Origin: Marsupella aquatica
Taxonomy: Eukaryota > Plantae > Marchantiophyta
Reading direction: 5' to 3'
NCBI GenBank assembly: GCA_973895155.1
Contig: OZ316899.1
Location: forward strand, 9,670,287-9,734,286
Length of the DNA stretch: 64,000 nucleotides
Shown piece after piece: positions 39,848-51,279 of this stretch (its first letter is position 1; each line of letters opens with the position of its first letter). The notes beneath the pieces were generated by a model, which was not told the DNA's origin, searched no databases, and saw only the letters and a list, made by a program, of their open reading frames with translations. Both the position numbers and the translations under genes were made by a program.

Positions 39848-41549
39848 ACAAGTAAGAGGAAGTAGGACTGGATGTACTGGTCGAAGTTGACTCTTACCGT
39901 TTTTCTGTCTTGAAGTTGTTGGCGATCCACACTTTCAATGTAAAGAGGTTCCATATTTTGATGGGAGTTTCTAGTTTTGGTGATCCTTTTTAGATGATTA
40001 AAACGTGTGTGGCTCAAGTATGGAATACTTATGAAAATCATGCAGGATTTTTCATTGTCATATTCTTTTCATTATTGTAAGAGGTGGAAAACTGAGACTG
40101 TTTGGGCATTGTTTTCGTGGAATGTGAGAGAAATTTATCCGCCAGAATGCTTCGCTAACAATGTTGCCTCGCTAGCAAAATCTCCTGTTTCCTCGCACCG
40201 TACAATTCCTCCATGCATGGGCAACTGGATACCGCTCAGTTTGATAATCAGATTATCAAGGATAAACTGACTCGGACTCAAGGGGAGTTGGCCAATGCGG
40301 TCAAGGAAAGGGAGAAGTGGAAGTGAGAGCTGAGGGACACAGAGGAGGCCCACATAGCAACCAACAATTGGGCCATGGCAGAGACCTAGAGGAAGAAGGG
40401 GGAGCTCGAGGATCTCCGTGGAGCCCTTGAGCAGAAGGACGCCGAGTTAGGGAAATCCTATCAAGGGATTATTGTGTTGCAGTAGGAGCTTGCATCCTTG
40501 GCGGCTTGCTTCAAGGCCGACCTGCGTGAGAAAGACGACCAGCTCAATCAGACTTACGCCAAGATGAACAAAATGGAGTCTGAGGTTGTAACAGAGCTTG
40601 ACAAGGAGCTGAGAGCAACCCAAAAGGAGAGGGCTACCTTGCGGAAGGAATTGGAGGAAGCTCAAAAGGAGTTGGAGGAGGCGTGCAAGGACCTGGATGA
40701 AATGCAGGAGGAGTTGGAGGAAAGCATGAGGAAGATGGAGAACTTACAACGGCGGGCCGACAACCAAACGGAGTGGCTGAAGAAACAAGCCGCAGTATTT
40801 AAGTGCTTGGCTTCATCAGTTCAAACTCCAATTGTGGCAACCAAGTTGCCAAGGGTAGTACTTGCCAAAGGACAAGCCGTGACAATTGCACCGGTGTTGG
40901 AGGTAAGTGGCAAGGGGAAGGGACTAGCTGCCAAACCAAGGAAGAAGAAGAAGCGGAAACCTTCTGGGTCAGGGAGTAACGCGGCTTCTCAAGCCATCGT
41001 GACCAAGGAGGAGTACCTGGCACCAACCTCAGGCAGGGTCACGGCAGAGGATCCAACTGTCCTAGAAGGCAGGGATGGCAAGGCCGAAGCCGGGACAATC
41101 AATGATGAAGCCAGTGTACCGGATCCACCACTAGAATAGGCCGGAGAGGCCATAGCCGTATCGGAGGCCGTGGCCGATGCTGAGGCAGAAGCCGAGGGTG
41201 GACCCAGTCAGGCCGCAGGAGAGTTGATTGGGTTTGGGGCAGGTAATCTGTCAGAGGACAGACCTACGGCAGTGGCTGCGGAGGAAGCGTTGGGGGCGTC
41301 CATTGAGGATCAGCCACCGCTACCATGACGATGGTGGAGGGCCGCTCCTTTTAAGGAGGACAGACGTGGAGGGAGGAGGCGTGAGTGGGCAGGGCGGGCT
41401 CAGGTCTCCAAGTTTAGAATTAGGATCAGGACCAAGAGGCGGCCCTGACACTTAGATTAGTGGGATTGCAGATCCACTGGTAAGAACAACACTTGTGCTC
41501 TTGCCTTGTTGTACATAGGTAGATTACAGTTAGGATAGATTAGGCTTAT

Positions 41550-44500
41550 TGTGGTGCGTTTCCCAACCCTCTAACCCCAAGAACTATCTACAACTGGCCA
41601 TGAACCCCTACTTATGGTCGGCTTATGGTGGTTTGACTGTCATTCGGCTTGGAAACGCGGTCTACTCACGATCCACACTATGCTGGACCGATTCTTTCAT
41701 TGGGCTTGCGAATTGTGTATTGTTAAGACGCCTAATTCTCAATTGACTTTGTCGGGTATGTTTGTATTCCGCCCCCGGAATGTACCTCTACGGCTTAATC
41801 TCTTAAGCGGGCTGAAGGTTTTTCTCAGACCGACTCAACCCACACTTTAACCAACAAAACACTCTCAATCCTCACTTTTCTCTCAGAGTTTGGTTTGGCA
41901 GTCTCCAATCAAGACAATGCGATCGTATAGCTTCGCAGTCACTCTATCTGACTCAAATCGATCAAGCGACAAGTATCACAACACACAATGCCATGATTGC
42001 AAGAAGCTGCAAACTAGGCAACAAGGCCAACTCAATTCAAACAATTGCACAGAAATGGAATTTGTGGTTTACTGATAATCCGCGGTCTAGATTTAGCAGA
42101 GAGGTTATGCTAGTAATACAGACTTTACACTAGAGTCTTGACTAAGAAAAAGCCCCCCGAGCCACGCTACCCAGGTTTTTATCCTTGCAGCGCATATAGG
42201 GGAATCGGCGGAAATCCGAACCAACACAATTTGACTAACTTGGAACCCTGTGGGAACCGAGCATCTAATGCTACCTAAGCCAACAGGGCGCTACTTGCCC
42301 TGTCCCATCCTACAACGGCCGCGCCCTTCTCCTACCGCCACGTCCTCCTTCCAACCGATGACTGGCCCTCCTTAATTGTCAGATGACCGGTGGTAAGCCC
42401 AAATCTTCCGACTCTGCACCTTCTCCTGCCATCGGCTCCGGCTTGATCCCTTTGGCTTCCTTGACCTCGGGTTCTGATTTATCGGCCCTGGCATTGGCAG
42501 CAGCAGTGGCATCTTTCTGGGAAACAGCTTGGATAGCGTTGGCCTTTACTTCCTCAATCCAAGCCTGCTCTCCGATCTGTTCGGTATCGATCTTCCAGAG
42601 CTTCACATTCTGGTAGTCCATGGTGGCTATACCGGTGTCTGAACCTGTTACCGCAGCTCCAAGTTCATCGGCATTACTTATCTCTACCACGGCTGCCTTT
42701 GTAGCAACAGTCCCACAAATGTGAGCGACCATACTCTCAACCTCCTCTGGAGTGGCCTTGAGAGGTACCCCAGCAGTACCCGCTGGCCCCATGAATGTTT
42801 TGGCCAGATCTGCTGCTACCAAGTGCATTGCCTTACCCCCAGTTACTCTTGACAATATAGATGTCGGCTTCGGCACTTCAGTATTTTTGGCTACCACGCC
42901 ACTAGCGGGAGACCGTCCAGTTGGTGATCCGTGCCCGGCTTCGGCATACTTCTGTAATTTCTCTGTTTGATTATCTGCACGCCTCTGCAAGCCGATCATC
43001 TTGTCTTTGGCCTCCTCCAGCTCTTGGGATAAATCCTCAACTTCCTCATTGAGCCGATGCGCCTCCTCTTTGGCCGTCTTGAGCTCCTCGTTTAAGATCT
43101 GCATGATCTCAAACTCCTGCTTATCCAAAGTGGCTCTCTGGGAATTGTTGATGCTTTCCAGCTTTGTGACCTCATCCGTCCATGCCTACTTTGTCCTGGT
43201 TATCTCCTCCTGCAGCTCCTTACGTATCTGTTGGACTTTGCTTAGGTGATCATTGGCCGTAGTGCAAATGGCGTCCTCATGCTTCTCTTGCATGGCCTCC
43301 AACCGGTTGAGTAACTTGTCATACTTCCTTTGGGCTTCTGCCAAGGCCTTCTCGCTCTGGGTGGCCTGCTCCTTAGCCATCTTTTTGAGCCTCTCGACTT
43401 GCCGATTTAGACCCTATACCTTCGCTTTTGAATTGGCTAACTCCAGCTCTACCTTTGTCAATTTTTCTTTGATCTACTGGTTATCCAATTGGTAGTTTTC
43501 CAATTGGTTGTTTGCCACCTCCAATTCCTGCTGCTTAGCCAAGATCCTGTTGAGCTTGTTGATCAAACTTCGTCTTAGCAACTTCGGCTTCCATGGAGCG
43601 AAGCCGAGCAATTACCTCCTCCTTCTTTAGTCGCTCCAACGTCATTGCCTCCTCCAACCTTGTCTGGTCAGCCATTTCATTTCCAAGAAATGGTCCGGAT
43701 TCTAACTCATTGCCGAAGATTTCTAAGGCTAGCAGTCCACACATGTCTCCATACTCCCTAGCTCAATCCGTCGCATATTTTGACCTGCCAGGTGATACTG
43801 GCATCTGCCAACAAGGTCGTTTCTCCCAAGCTTCTACCCGTAACTGATCAAAGTCAGTGAGAGGCGCGACCTACTTCTCACTAAGCCATTTTATTTCCTC
43901 CGGCCAATCACCGCCTGGTAGCTGCCGTTCCTGTATGTCATTTTGGGCCCTCCACTCGTTGAGTTTCTCCTTGAAACTTGCCTTGGCTTCCTTCATTCGG
44001 TCAAATTCCAATGGTGTCACGTCCGGTGGCGGAGACTCCAGGTTTTTTTGATCCTCCGGCTTGCCATAAAAGACTGAGGGAAGTCTTCTACAAAACCTTC
44101 CCAACGTTCTCACTCCTGGCACAGGTCTCTCCCCATGATCGACATAATCATCGTCGTAGTCATCCACATTAACCTGACTACCGAGCATGTCGGCTTCTTC
44201 TGCAAAGCCCCCAATCTCCTCCACTGAGTATTGTTGGGCTGCCACAGGTTGATTTACCTCCACCGGTTCCTCCACTCGGGCCCGACTAGAATCTCTAAGG
44301 ACTGGCCTCTCCTGACTACGGCCTCGGTTTCCATCTTCTGGCTCCAAATTCATTTGCTCATCTCATTTCTTTCTTTCTTCGACAGTCATTTTCCTCTCTA
44401 CCAGTTGAATACCTGCATATGGGTTATTACGAGTAGGCCGTCGCAACGGATTTCTCACCACATCATATGTTACCACCTCTGGTTCCTTGAGAGGGGAATT

Positions 44501-46114
44501 CTCCCATCCTTGGACTACCTGTATTGCCGGCCTCTTCTCTTGTTGTTGCTTGTTCAGGGGCAGCTTGTCCCCCTCCTCCACTCGTGCTGTAATCGGCATC
44601 CTCTCCTATAGTGGTAACACGGGTGCAAAAGACTGGCTTCTTGCATATTGGCAAAGTAATTGCAGATGGTACCCTAGTCTGGATACCGCTCCTTCCCCAA
44701 TTCTCTGCTTCTCTTCATTCAATGCCTTCTTTAATTGCATTAAAAGATAGCCATTGTAGTCTCGGCTTGAATCAATATTCTCCACCAAAAATACCTGGGC
44801 TTTGCCGACCTTTGCTCTTGGCAATGTACAGTGTAGCGTGACTCGTAAGAAATCAATCAACTGCCTCACATGTGGATTAGTGCATTGATTTCTAAAGAAC
44901 CCATTCTTAGTAGAGGGCCCTGGAAATGATTGGAATTGATTATCCAACAATGTCTTTTGCTGCTCCACCTTAGTTTTATTCCCTTGTGGGAGAGCGAAGA
45001 CGGCTTCAATTAGTGTTGGCGGTAATTCCACCACCTTCCCATACATCAGTGTCGTGTTAGAAGAAGCCTCCTAGCATCCTACAAAGTCCAATAGATCTTT
45101 GTCTGGTATGTCAATTAACCGCCATGGTAACCAAATGAATCCCTCTAAGCTGGTGTCGTTCATGTATCCAGAATACTTGTTATCCTGGATAGCACAGAAG
45201 ACCTCATCTTCTTCTCGTGCAAACTGTAGTTGTAAGTCGGCAAGAAGCTTATCCGCCCAACCCATCATAAACTTATCCTCCACTGCCCTATCACAAATTG
45301 GCATGGCTTCAGCCTTGGCCTGCCTCTCCGATCAATTCCGCTTAGCTGGTGTTGCAGATGCCAAACTACCTTTACACTTCATCTCTTCAGTTCCTGAGAA
45401 CTCTCCAAGAATGGCTTCTTTGGATCAAGCCAAAGTGTGACCCTTCAACTCCCACACCGGCTGTCCAGCATTCTTAATCGTCTCCCGAATTCCAACGACT
45501 CGATTCTCTCTGATCAGCAACTCGTCAAGCTCGACACTGGTGGGAATCCATACAAATTTCTCAAGTACCTCCTCCATTTCCACAAAAGTCGTCTTATGAA
45601 TTCCCCATAACCGCACGAGCTCTGCACGTTCCCCTGCTGCTTGTTCCGCCCATTCCCTTGCTGCTCGTTCCGGCTTGACGTCTTCGTAGGTTGGTATGAG
45701 CTGTCGTGCTTCTTCAAGCAAACAGCCCCAGAACTTGGCCGCTTGATTCACTATGGTCATTCCACCAAAAGAAAAAGGAGCTTGAACAATTCCCTAACCA
45801 CCTCCCTTGATCGATTGGCAGCTGCTTCCGCGGTCCTAGGTTGATCGAACAAGCAAATGAGCAAGTGTACAGAGTGTCGATTCCCTCCCTGCAAAGCCGT
45901 CTCCTGATGGCTTTCCTGATCAAGCCTGGATTAGGTCATAACCCTAATCCCGCTCAATTGTGACCGTTGGATCTTACCTTATCGCAATCCTCCTTATAAC
46001 ACATTGCAATCGGCTTCGGTCTTTATTCCTACCTTATACTATTTAGCCATTATCTTTATTTAGCCATTATTTTAGGCTTAACTAAGTATTTCGTGATCTT
46101 GGCAAGGCATCACA
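41550..46114 (-). mobile_element. Solo LTR of related Gypsy family B (4,565 bp) nested in the family-A solo LTR
   Basis: Termini TGTGGTGCG...GGCATCACA. TSD CTTAT/CTTAC (41545-41549 and 46115-46119). Family-A sequence is contiguous across it. Confidence 0.9.
42379..45930 (-). pseudogene. Family-B LTR-encoded PMD-like/coiled-coil ORF
   Basis: VNQAAKFWGCLLE, LEGFIWLPW, FPGPSTKNGFFRNQCTNPH, SRDYNGYLL, ESPPPDV and LQRRADNQTEKL align with the family-A ORF. Many stops. Confidence 0.8.
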
Positions 46115-46796
46115 CTTACGCTGCAAGGAATTAGGCGGATCCACTGCCAGGATAAGTACCTGGGCAGCGGAGAGTTGAGGGCCTTCTTCTTTAGCAAGTT
46201 TTTAGTGCACCAGCAGGGCTGGGATCAAGTGTAAAAGAAACTCTTGGTTAGTTATATAGTGACCCTTGTGTATATTCATGTTTCCTCATGCCTAAGAGAT
46301 GAATAGAGTTGGCCTCACGACTTAGTTTGCAGATCTTGTGTATGAGAAGTATTGTTTTTATGGCATGTGCATGGTATAACTCAGTCAGAAGGAGTCATTT
46401 TGCTATTTGTGTGTCGCATTAACTTGTTTAAAGATTGCCCACATCAACCAAGAGAGAAGGAAGTAAGCAAGGTAGTAAGAGTTGGATGTGTCGAGCTGAG
46501 AGAGGTCTTAGCGGCTAACCCAAGCCAGTTGGGGATCATTCCGGCAGTGGAATCCAAACATACCTAAAGGAGGACCAGGAGAGGAAGACAAGGGAAGGCA
46601 TAGAAGAGACCGGCTACGTATCTCATGACCCGATGAAGGATCTGTCCAGTATATGTGTGTAAAATGTTAGTAGAAGAGAGTTAGCAGCGTCCCATGCCGC
46701 TAAGCCACGGAATGGGCCTTGCCGAGAGCGAAACCTGCGGGAATCGGCTTGTGCAAGGGGGTTTCTTGGGTTTAGGGAGCCATGGGATGCACCACA

Positions 46797-46961
46797 CGGA
46801 GATAGGTAGCTTGGATCTTGGAGAGCCTCTCTGAGATAGGTAGCTTGGATCTCGAAGAGCCTCTCTGAGATCGGTAGGATCCATCTCGGAGAGCCTCTCT
46901 GAGATAGGTAGCTTGGATCTCGGAGAGCCTCTCTGAGATAGGTAGGATCCATCTCGGAGAG
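46797..46961. repeat. 34-bp palindrome-bearing tandem repeat, right part
   Basis: About 5 units continuing the 26015-26364 array. Ends abruptly against Gypsy internal sequence. Confidence 0.9.
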
Positions 46962-47515
46962 GAAGCTTCCGGACTCCCGATTGTTAATCTTGCCATATGT
47001 GCCTCGACCTCCTGACTTCTGTCATCTTCCTTGGGGTTGCTCGGTTCGCCGACCACGATTACTTGTTCGGCGGTGATTAATCGCCATGTAATCCGCTGAT
47101 CGTGGCTGTTCTCCCGTCTTAGCAGCAGATTCCATTTCTTCCGCATGACCTTTCTGCAGAGTTCCTCGATGGCCTCGCCGGTGGTGAATCGTTGGCGGAA
47201 CTCTTCGCCCTTTATTCCGAACAATTGTTGCCCAACCGCATCCCATACACGACAGCTTCCTTCTTTGATCCAAATAGTGAACATGAACATAGGCACTCCT
47301 TCGCCTAGCGACTTACACTCATGAGCTAACCGATTCCTGCTAACGGGGGTTCCTATATCCGCCCCCCCTTGCCTTTTCTGTCGAGCTCTTGTGCCTAAGG
47401 CACATACTCTGCCATCTGCTAGTAGGCCATCGCAGCCTTCATAGCAGAACTCAACTCCTACACGACCATTAATCGAGATGATCGTCGCCTCCCCTACTTC
47501 CAGCCTTTCTGTCAT
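46961..47515 (-). CDS. RPA70 C-terminal-like OB-fold ORF, 3'-truncated
   Basis: ATIISING...CYEGC...VC...HEC...PMFMFTIWI...VWDAVGQQLFGIKGEEF...LCRKVMRKKWNLLL follows the RPA1 DBD-C pattern. Confidence 0.55.
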
Positions 47516-47718
47516 CTCAACAAAATGAATAACCGCTGGTCCTTGCTTACTACTTCCTAAATACTCTTGGTTGACCTCTAGTTGACACTTCTAAACCTAA
47601 AAAAAACTATAATATCGCCGGTGTAATTTTTATCGTTTACATTCTCCTTTGCTTACCTACGGATTCGTCCTCGATATCCGTTATGCTTGGTACATGTTGG
47701 GGACAAGTCGTCACCGGT

Positions 47719-50700
47719 CTACTTCACTCCCCTACCCTCGCTAACATTGGTCGTCCTGGTTGGAGTTATCGGAACTCTGCTCTGTGCCTTCAGCTTCCTC
47801 ACTTCGGATTTTAAATCCAAAATTGATCGTTCCCTATCTTCCAGTTCTTGCGAAAGCTGATCGTTCTCTGCCCTCAACTGCTCGAGTTCCTTGGTCTGTT
47901 CAGTGATACTCTCCTCTTCAGTGCCCTGTAGCTTCACAGTGGCTTCTAACTCAGCAATTTTCCGCTTATAGTCGTCTTCTGTGATTCTCCAACTCTCTGA
48001 TACTTCATAGTGTTTTTGTCCGAGCTTCCCCAGTTGCTCCTCCAGTAGGGCTTGTTTGTTCAGATCCTCCGTGGGGTCCCCTTTGGAATCCTTGACTGCG
48101 GTGGTTTGCTGGAGTTGGGTTTCCAGACCCTGGAGCTTTTTCTTCAATTCCTCCACCCTCTGGCGTTCCACTGCCCATTCCCCGGCTGTTCTGCGTTGCT
48201 TTGCTGCTTCATCCTTGAGTTGCGATTGCAATTCTTCTATTTCCTTGAGTTTCTCGTTATCCTCCCTTAGCTGTGAATTGATCTTTTGGCTATCTACTTT
48301 GACTGTGGCTATGGCTGCTCCGATGGCCGTGACAACCTCCTGGTAATTTGTTGTTAGTCCCCCTGGACGTAACCCTTCTATCCCTAAGTAATCAGCCAAT
48401 TCCTGCGTGGCTGCCTCCTCATGCCTCCAGCCTCTTCCTATGGTTGTCAGTCGATCCCTATCTGCTATTAGCTCTTTGTTACGATTTAGTAACTCCTTGA
48501 TGGTCTCCTCGGCCTCCACTGCCCATTTATCTGCCTCCTCCTTCCCGACTAAGTCCTCGGCGATTTCTTCTTCTCGCTTGTTCCACTCCAAGTGTACTAC
48601 CGAACTCGTTATTCCCTGATAAATGGCTAATTGACTGGCGATTTGTCCGATCATGACTGTAAAGATGCTATCTTTTTGCACTGTGCTGATCTTCTCTTTC
48701 AATACTTCGATCCCCAGCTTCTCCCGTAATTGTTGTTCATCACCTTCTTTTACGGTTGAGAGGGCGTACTTGAGGTCGTCGTCATCAATGGGCGCTGTCC
48801 TATAAGCCTTGGTTTCTGCTCGCATTTTGTCTTCCTCCGCTGGTTCCTGACCCTCTGATTCTGACTCCTTCTTGGTCGGTGTTGGATTGGTTTCTTTCCT
48901 CCTGGTGGTGCGCACTGGTGATGCGTCCCCCTCTTGCTCTTTGTTGGCTGCTTCCTCTTCTAGCATGGTGCCCTTCTGCTTCTTGGCTCCCTCACTCCTC
49001 GTTGGTTGGTAAATGGTAGCTGCTGATTCTGTTTTTCCCCCGTCTTCCCCTGTAAGCTGACTCCCGATTAGCACTTGGAGATGTGACTCGAGCTCTACTG
49101 GAAGGTTGCTTTTAGTGCTGATTAATCGTTTAGCTCAATTGATGGCTGCATGGAACCCTTCGTGGAAAAAGGCCGACCAATCCTTTTGCTTCTTGTCTCC
49201 CTCCTCTACAATTTTAATCATAAATCGAGGATATTCTGATCTAGGCCTCTTCCAATGTAATGCATGGGTTACAAATTCGAGCCTTTCCTTGATTTTCTCA
49301 TCCGTGCAATGCTTGGTCGGATAGCCCCTATTGTCGTCTACGTCCTTGTGTTGTGGAAATGTGGCAGGTTGCCAAGTTTTCCCCATCCGTTTCTTGATCT
49401 CCGCTCCTTGCTTTGGCAGTTTGAAAAGCTCCTGAAGCTTCCGAGGATTCGTCTTAATGACTTGGCCCCTACATATTCCCTGATTTTTGGTGGGTTTCCA
49501 CGTGGTGATGAACTCGCTGTAGTCCTCTGCTTGTAGCTTCGTGGTTTGATTCCACTTTAGTTTCACGAATTTCTCCAATCCTTGTGTCTGTAGAAATTTC
49601 CTGTGTGCTTGTCCGCGCATAGTTTGCAATATCTGTGGCCCCATTCTCTCAAATTTCAAAACATGACTTGTTTCCCCTGGACTCGCCTTTGCGGCGCGCG
49701 TTGACTTCCCGGTCCTACTTTTTGCTTCTTCTGCTGGTTCTTCTTCTTCTTCACTGTCGGATTCTTCCGGTTCTTCCTCCTTGGATTTGACTATTTTGAT
49801 CTTTCCCCTTACGGATCGCACCTCCCTCATCGTTGGCGGCTCAAGTTTAATCGTTTTGGCTGTCCCCTTGCGGTTCCTCTTGGTCCTAGGAGTTGTTTCC
49901 TCAAATATCGCTGTGGTGACCGCCGTGATCGCTTCCGTGGGATCCGGGTTGGCTAACAATTCTGCCATGGTCAGCTTCCGCCTCCCTTCTCGTTGAAGTT
50001 TGTTTAGCTGGTTTCCCCGTTGTTCTTCTGTCTGCTCGGCCGCTTGCTCCGTTGGTGCCTCGATTATTGATTCGGTTTGTGTCTCTAGGGTTGGCTCCTC
50101 GGCGGGCCCCTGCCCTTCCCTTTTGGCTATAGTTTCCGAGAGATGGTCAGCCACTGAAGGTCCCTGACTCACGATCTCTTGATCATCTTCGGGGTTGCTC
50201 CTTTCCCTTTCCGCTGACTTGGAAACTTCCAGCTCCATGCCCTCTGCTGTTGTCGGCCCTTCTCCCTCTGTGTGCGTGGGGGCTGGTGTCTCCTCCATCG
50301 CCGGGGTTTTGAGTAGTTCGCTGATAGTAACGCGCTTCCTCGGTTTATCGTCCTCAAACTCGTTTGATCGTTTCAGCTTCAAAGTCTTCATGCCCACCGG
50401 TAATGTGTAATGCCTATTACCGACCCTCGACCATTTGAAGTTCACCTCGCGCTAATAGCCACTCCACTCGGGGTTCTCTCGTAATCTCCTTGCCAGTCGG
50501 AAATAGGGTTTTTGGTTTAACAGTTCTTTTGTGGATGATGGTGCTCGCCCTTTGGATTCTAGTGTATCCTGGACTTCTAGTATAACATGTAATTTTCCCG
50601 TGGAGTAGTTCTCAATACAGGGTATCGAGTTGGGTCCTATCAAAATCCGATCTGCAATCCATGTGGAAAAGGGTCCGTGTGTACATCCTACGATTACTAC

Positions 50701-51279
50701 TCTATAAGGAAACCTTCTCCTCCTCTCTTCCTGGCCTTTGGGTAATTTGTGCTTCCAATCGTGGATCTGAAAGATTTCAGATAGGTGCTCTGCCGCTAGA
50801 ACCACTGACTTGATTTGACCTGATTCCGTTGGTTCGTTTGATGGGATGGTTCCGTTCACGTAATCCTCTAACGGGTACCCCTTGATCGTTAGTTCTCGTC
50901 CTTGTTCATTGGTGCTTTCTTCTCGTCGTAGTGTGTCACGTGTGGTGGTCGCGACTAGCTTCTTTGCGTGTGCTAAGGGTCGTTCCTTGTTCTTGGCGGT
51001 GAGTGCCCCTCCGGTGGCTTCCGTAGATGCTTGATCGGGGGTCACGCCGATACAGGCTACCATTCTAGTGGGTAGCTCGTACCCTTCTCCATCCACTTGA
51101 CTCTCGTTAGGTGGTGCTGTTGGCAGTTGAAAGCTATCGTCGTCCTCGTTGAGCGCCGGTATCGTATCGGAGTCATTGCCGACTTTGCTTTCCCCTGGGT
51201 AGTCGTTAACCGTATCCTCTACTTCTCGTAAGTACACGTCGTTCCTTATGTGGTACGACTTCATCTTATTCCCGTTCAC
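47719..51279 (-). pseudogene. In-frame post-integrase extension: acidic linker, PMD-like domain, coiled coil
   Basis: ORFs 50452-51279, 49135-50445 and 47719-49074 share one frame, separated only by single stops. GLEKFVKLKW...EFITTWKP...LFKLP is homologous to the LTR-encoded ORF. Confidence 0.7.

Larger units (their letters stand above)
29076..40211. mobile_element. Mutator-like element (MULE), 11,136 bp
   Basis: 9-bp TSD CATGCATGG (29067-29075 and 40212-40220). Imperfect short TIRs GGGTCATTGTAGCGTGCGAGGAAACAG / CTGTTTCCTCGCACCGTACAATTCCTC. MULE-type transposase inside. Confidence 0.92.
26482..41328 (+). pseudogene. LTR-encoded PMD-like/coiled-coil ORF, copy 2 (interrupted by the MULE)
   Basis: ORF pieces 26552-27502, 27439-27906, 28397-28702, 28774-29075 and 40498-41139 are close paralogues of 3578-7248. 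Confidence 0.8.
26365..46796 (+). mobile_element. Solo LTR of family A (segments 26365-29075, 40221-41549, 46120-46796; ~4.72 kb once insertions are removed)
   Basis: TGTGATGCCTAGCC...GGGATGCACCACA. 5-bp TSD CTGAG/CGGAG (one mismatch). Reverse-complement colinear with 2661-7365. No PBS follows. Confidence 0.9.

Noticed and set aside
2661-46796. The two family-A LTRs as ends of one element, or as giant TIRs
   Set aside because: They are in opposite orientation, the second has its own TSD, and the first has its PBS and gag on the far side.
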